The position numbers and the translations under genes were made by a program. Below are positions 62,383-64,000 of a stretch of 64,000 bases of DNA, one piece after another. How positions within the stretch are numbered: the stretch's first letter is position 1; the number at the start of each line of letters is the position of its first letter. Below the pieces are notes generated by a model, which ran no database searches, was not told the origin of the DNA, and worked only from the letters and a program-made list of their open reading frames with translations. Source of the DNA: Octopus vulgaris (taxonomy: Eukaryota); contig OX597833.1 in the NCBI GenBank assembly GCA_951406725.2, forward strand, positions 6,324,001 to 6,388,000. The letters are read 5' to 3'.

Positions 62383-63960
62383 ATTGGGTTTGCAGAAATT
62401 CTGGGGTTTTTTTTCATTTATTTTAATCCTTTTTCTCATCAACAATTTCAATAAATCAAGAAATAATATATTCTCCTTCATAGTCCACAACTTCTTGCCA
62501 ACATTCCATTAGCTTGTCAATACACCAAGTCTTGCCTTGAAGAATTTGAGCCATATTTTCACTTCCATATAATCATTGAATGAAAAGCCTTGCAGACTGT
62601 TGCAGTGACTGAGAACGGTTGATAATCTGATGGTGCTGTATCAGAGGAATAAGTTGGGTGTGGTAGAACTTTCCAAGTGAACCCTTAAATTGCATTTTTG
62701 GTCAAATTAGCAATGTGGGTGCAAGCAGTTATATTGAAGAAGCAATGCCATGTTGCTGGTCGGGTTGCTCCAGCTGGAATCCCTCCTCAGCCGACTGCAT
62801 TTACTGAACATAAAACTCTACACTGACCACATAGTTGTTTTCAAGCATTTTATAGTGCTAGTGCATGCATATACAGCTGCGTGCGTGCGCACATACATGC
62901 TAATACTGTCCAAATCTCCAACCAATCACATACAGCTAGCTGGCATTCAATTGACGTATCAAGTTTCGGGCATTTTGATTGGGTTTTGGATATAAAATTC
63001 ACAAAAAAAGTCACTTCTATTGATTTTTTAATGGCTTTGCTGGGTGACTGGGAAAATGTAAAGATGTGCACGACCACCCTTGGGCGGTTTTGAATGACCA
63101 TAGAAAGTGTGAGCCCTCTAACTGAAAAATCGTGAATTTGTATAAAGGACACACACACACACACACACACAGCCAGGCATTTTGCTGTTTATATACATAG
63201 AGATTAGCTCTTTCTAACCTCATCAAATGCAGTTCTGGCTTAGTTGAAGATATTACTTACTTGTCAGGATTTTGTCATTCTGTCTTCAGCTTCATATTTA
63301 TGTAAAAGCACCATTTTTCATTGCCCTAAAGGAATCTCTATATCCATGAGCACACCCTGGTGTCAAGCAAGCAAACTGATGGTGATAGAGGATTGCTGGA
63401 GTTTGTGTCTTCTGTTCAGAGCATGTGGCACCCATGTACTGAGTTTTTGGACCTTATCCATTGAGTGATGGTTACCGGCAACAGTACCATGAAAGCAACC
63501 TATCTGCTGGGCCTGCCAGTACCACTTCCCTGCTGGATTCGCACAGACCCTCATGGATGAATTCATTCATCATCATCATCGTTTAATGTCTGCTTTCCAT
63601 GCTAGCATGGGTTGGACGATTTTGACTCAGGGCTGGCGAACCAGATGGCTGCACCAGGCTCCAATCTTGTTTTGGCAGAGTTTCTACAGCTGGATGCCCT
63701 TCCTAACGCCAGGGACCCTTCAGTTGGTCCTTATTGAAATGAACACATCAGCTGGAATGCAGAGACTTGTGAAGTCGAATTTCCCCTCCTTGAAGCAGAA
63801 AAAACCCATTTCTCTGCAGTTCTTTCAGTAATAGCGCCTTCTCCATACATTGCACAAAAATCTTTCAGGCAGTTTTGGGAATTGGCATCTTGATTGAAAG
63901 TGAAACAGGAATCAGAAATGCTCCTTTTTTCTGTTTGGAGCTCTGACATCATACATTTGA
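62383..63960 (-). mobile_element. Fragmented mariner element interrupted by later insertions
   Basis: In order on -: HTH-like CAMYGEGAITERTAEKW (63731-63952), WVPHAL (about 63430), GNEKWCFY and KPELH (63230-63335), WKVLPHPTYSSDTAPSDY (62620-62680). A SINE sits at about 63566-63710 and an unrelated insert at about 62780-63225. Confidence 0.8.
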
Positions 63961-64000
63961 AATGAGGTAAAATTAAGAAAAAAAGAGATATTAGTGATTA

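Overview
Eukaryotic, AT-rich, very repeat-dense DNA. The SINE families and microsatellite load point to an octopus (coleoid cephalopod) genome; this is inferred from recalled repeat families, not a database hit. Two spliced genes converge. (1) The 3' half of an ABCG1/ABCG4-like (White family) half-transporter on + has 8 exons at 626-11688 plus 4 nt of an upstream exon. (2) A complete 15-exon GPR89/GPHR (Golgi pH regulator) gene on - runs from ATG 56151 to TGA 31524 (457 aa) and has a U12-type minor intron 8. A CpG-rich promoter at about 56.15-56.9 kb appears shared with a divergent + strand gene whose first exon would encode MTVEQSSLQQQITQ. The rest is several SINE families, RTE LINE and mariner remnants, piggyBac/hAT/pogo/Helitron-like non-autonomous elements and satellites. 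The most unusual object is at 13799-14312: a TSD-flanked, head-to-head palindrome whose arms each carry a tRNA-like Pol III head, an (AAT)n spacer and a minimal Penelope-type hammerhead ribozyme motif. A separate minimal hammerhead lies at 39712-39789, and a SINE at 22578 is flanked by a 191-bp direct repeat. Nearly all ORFs in the supplied track are artefacts of repeats. Exon coordinates were read by hand from splice signals and phase; repeat boundaries are approximate.
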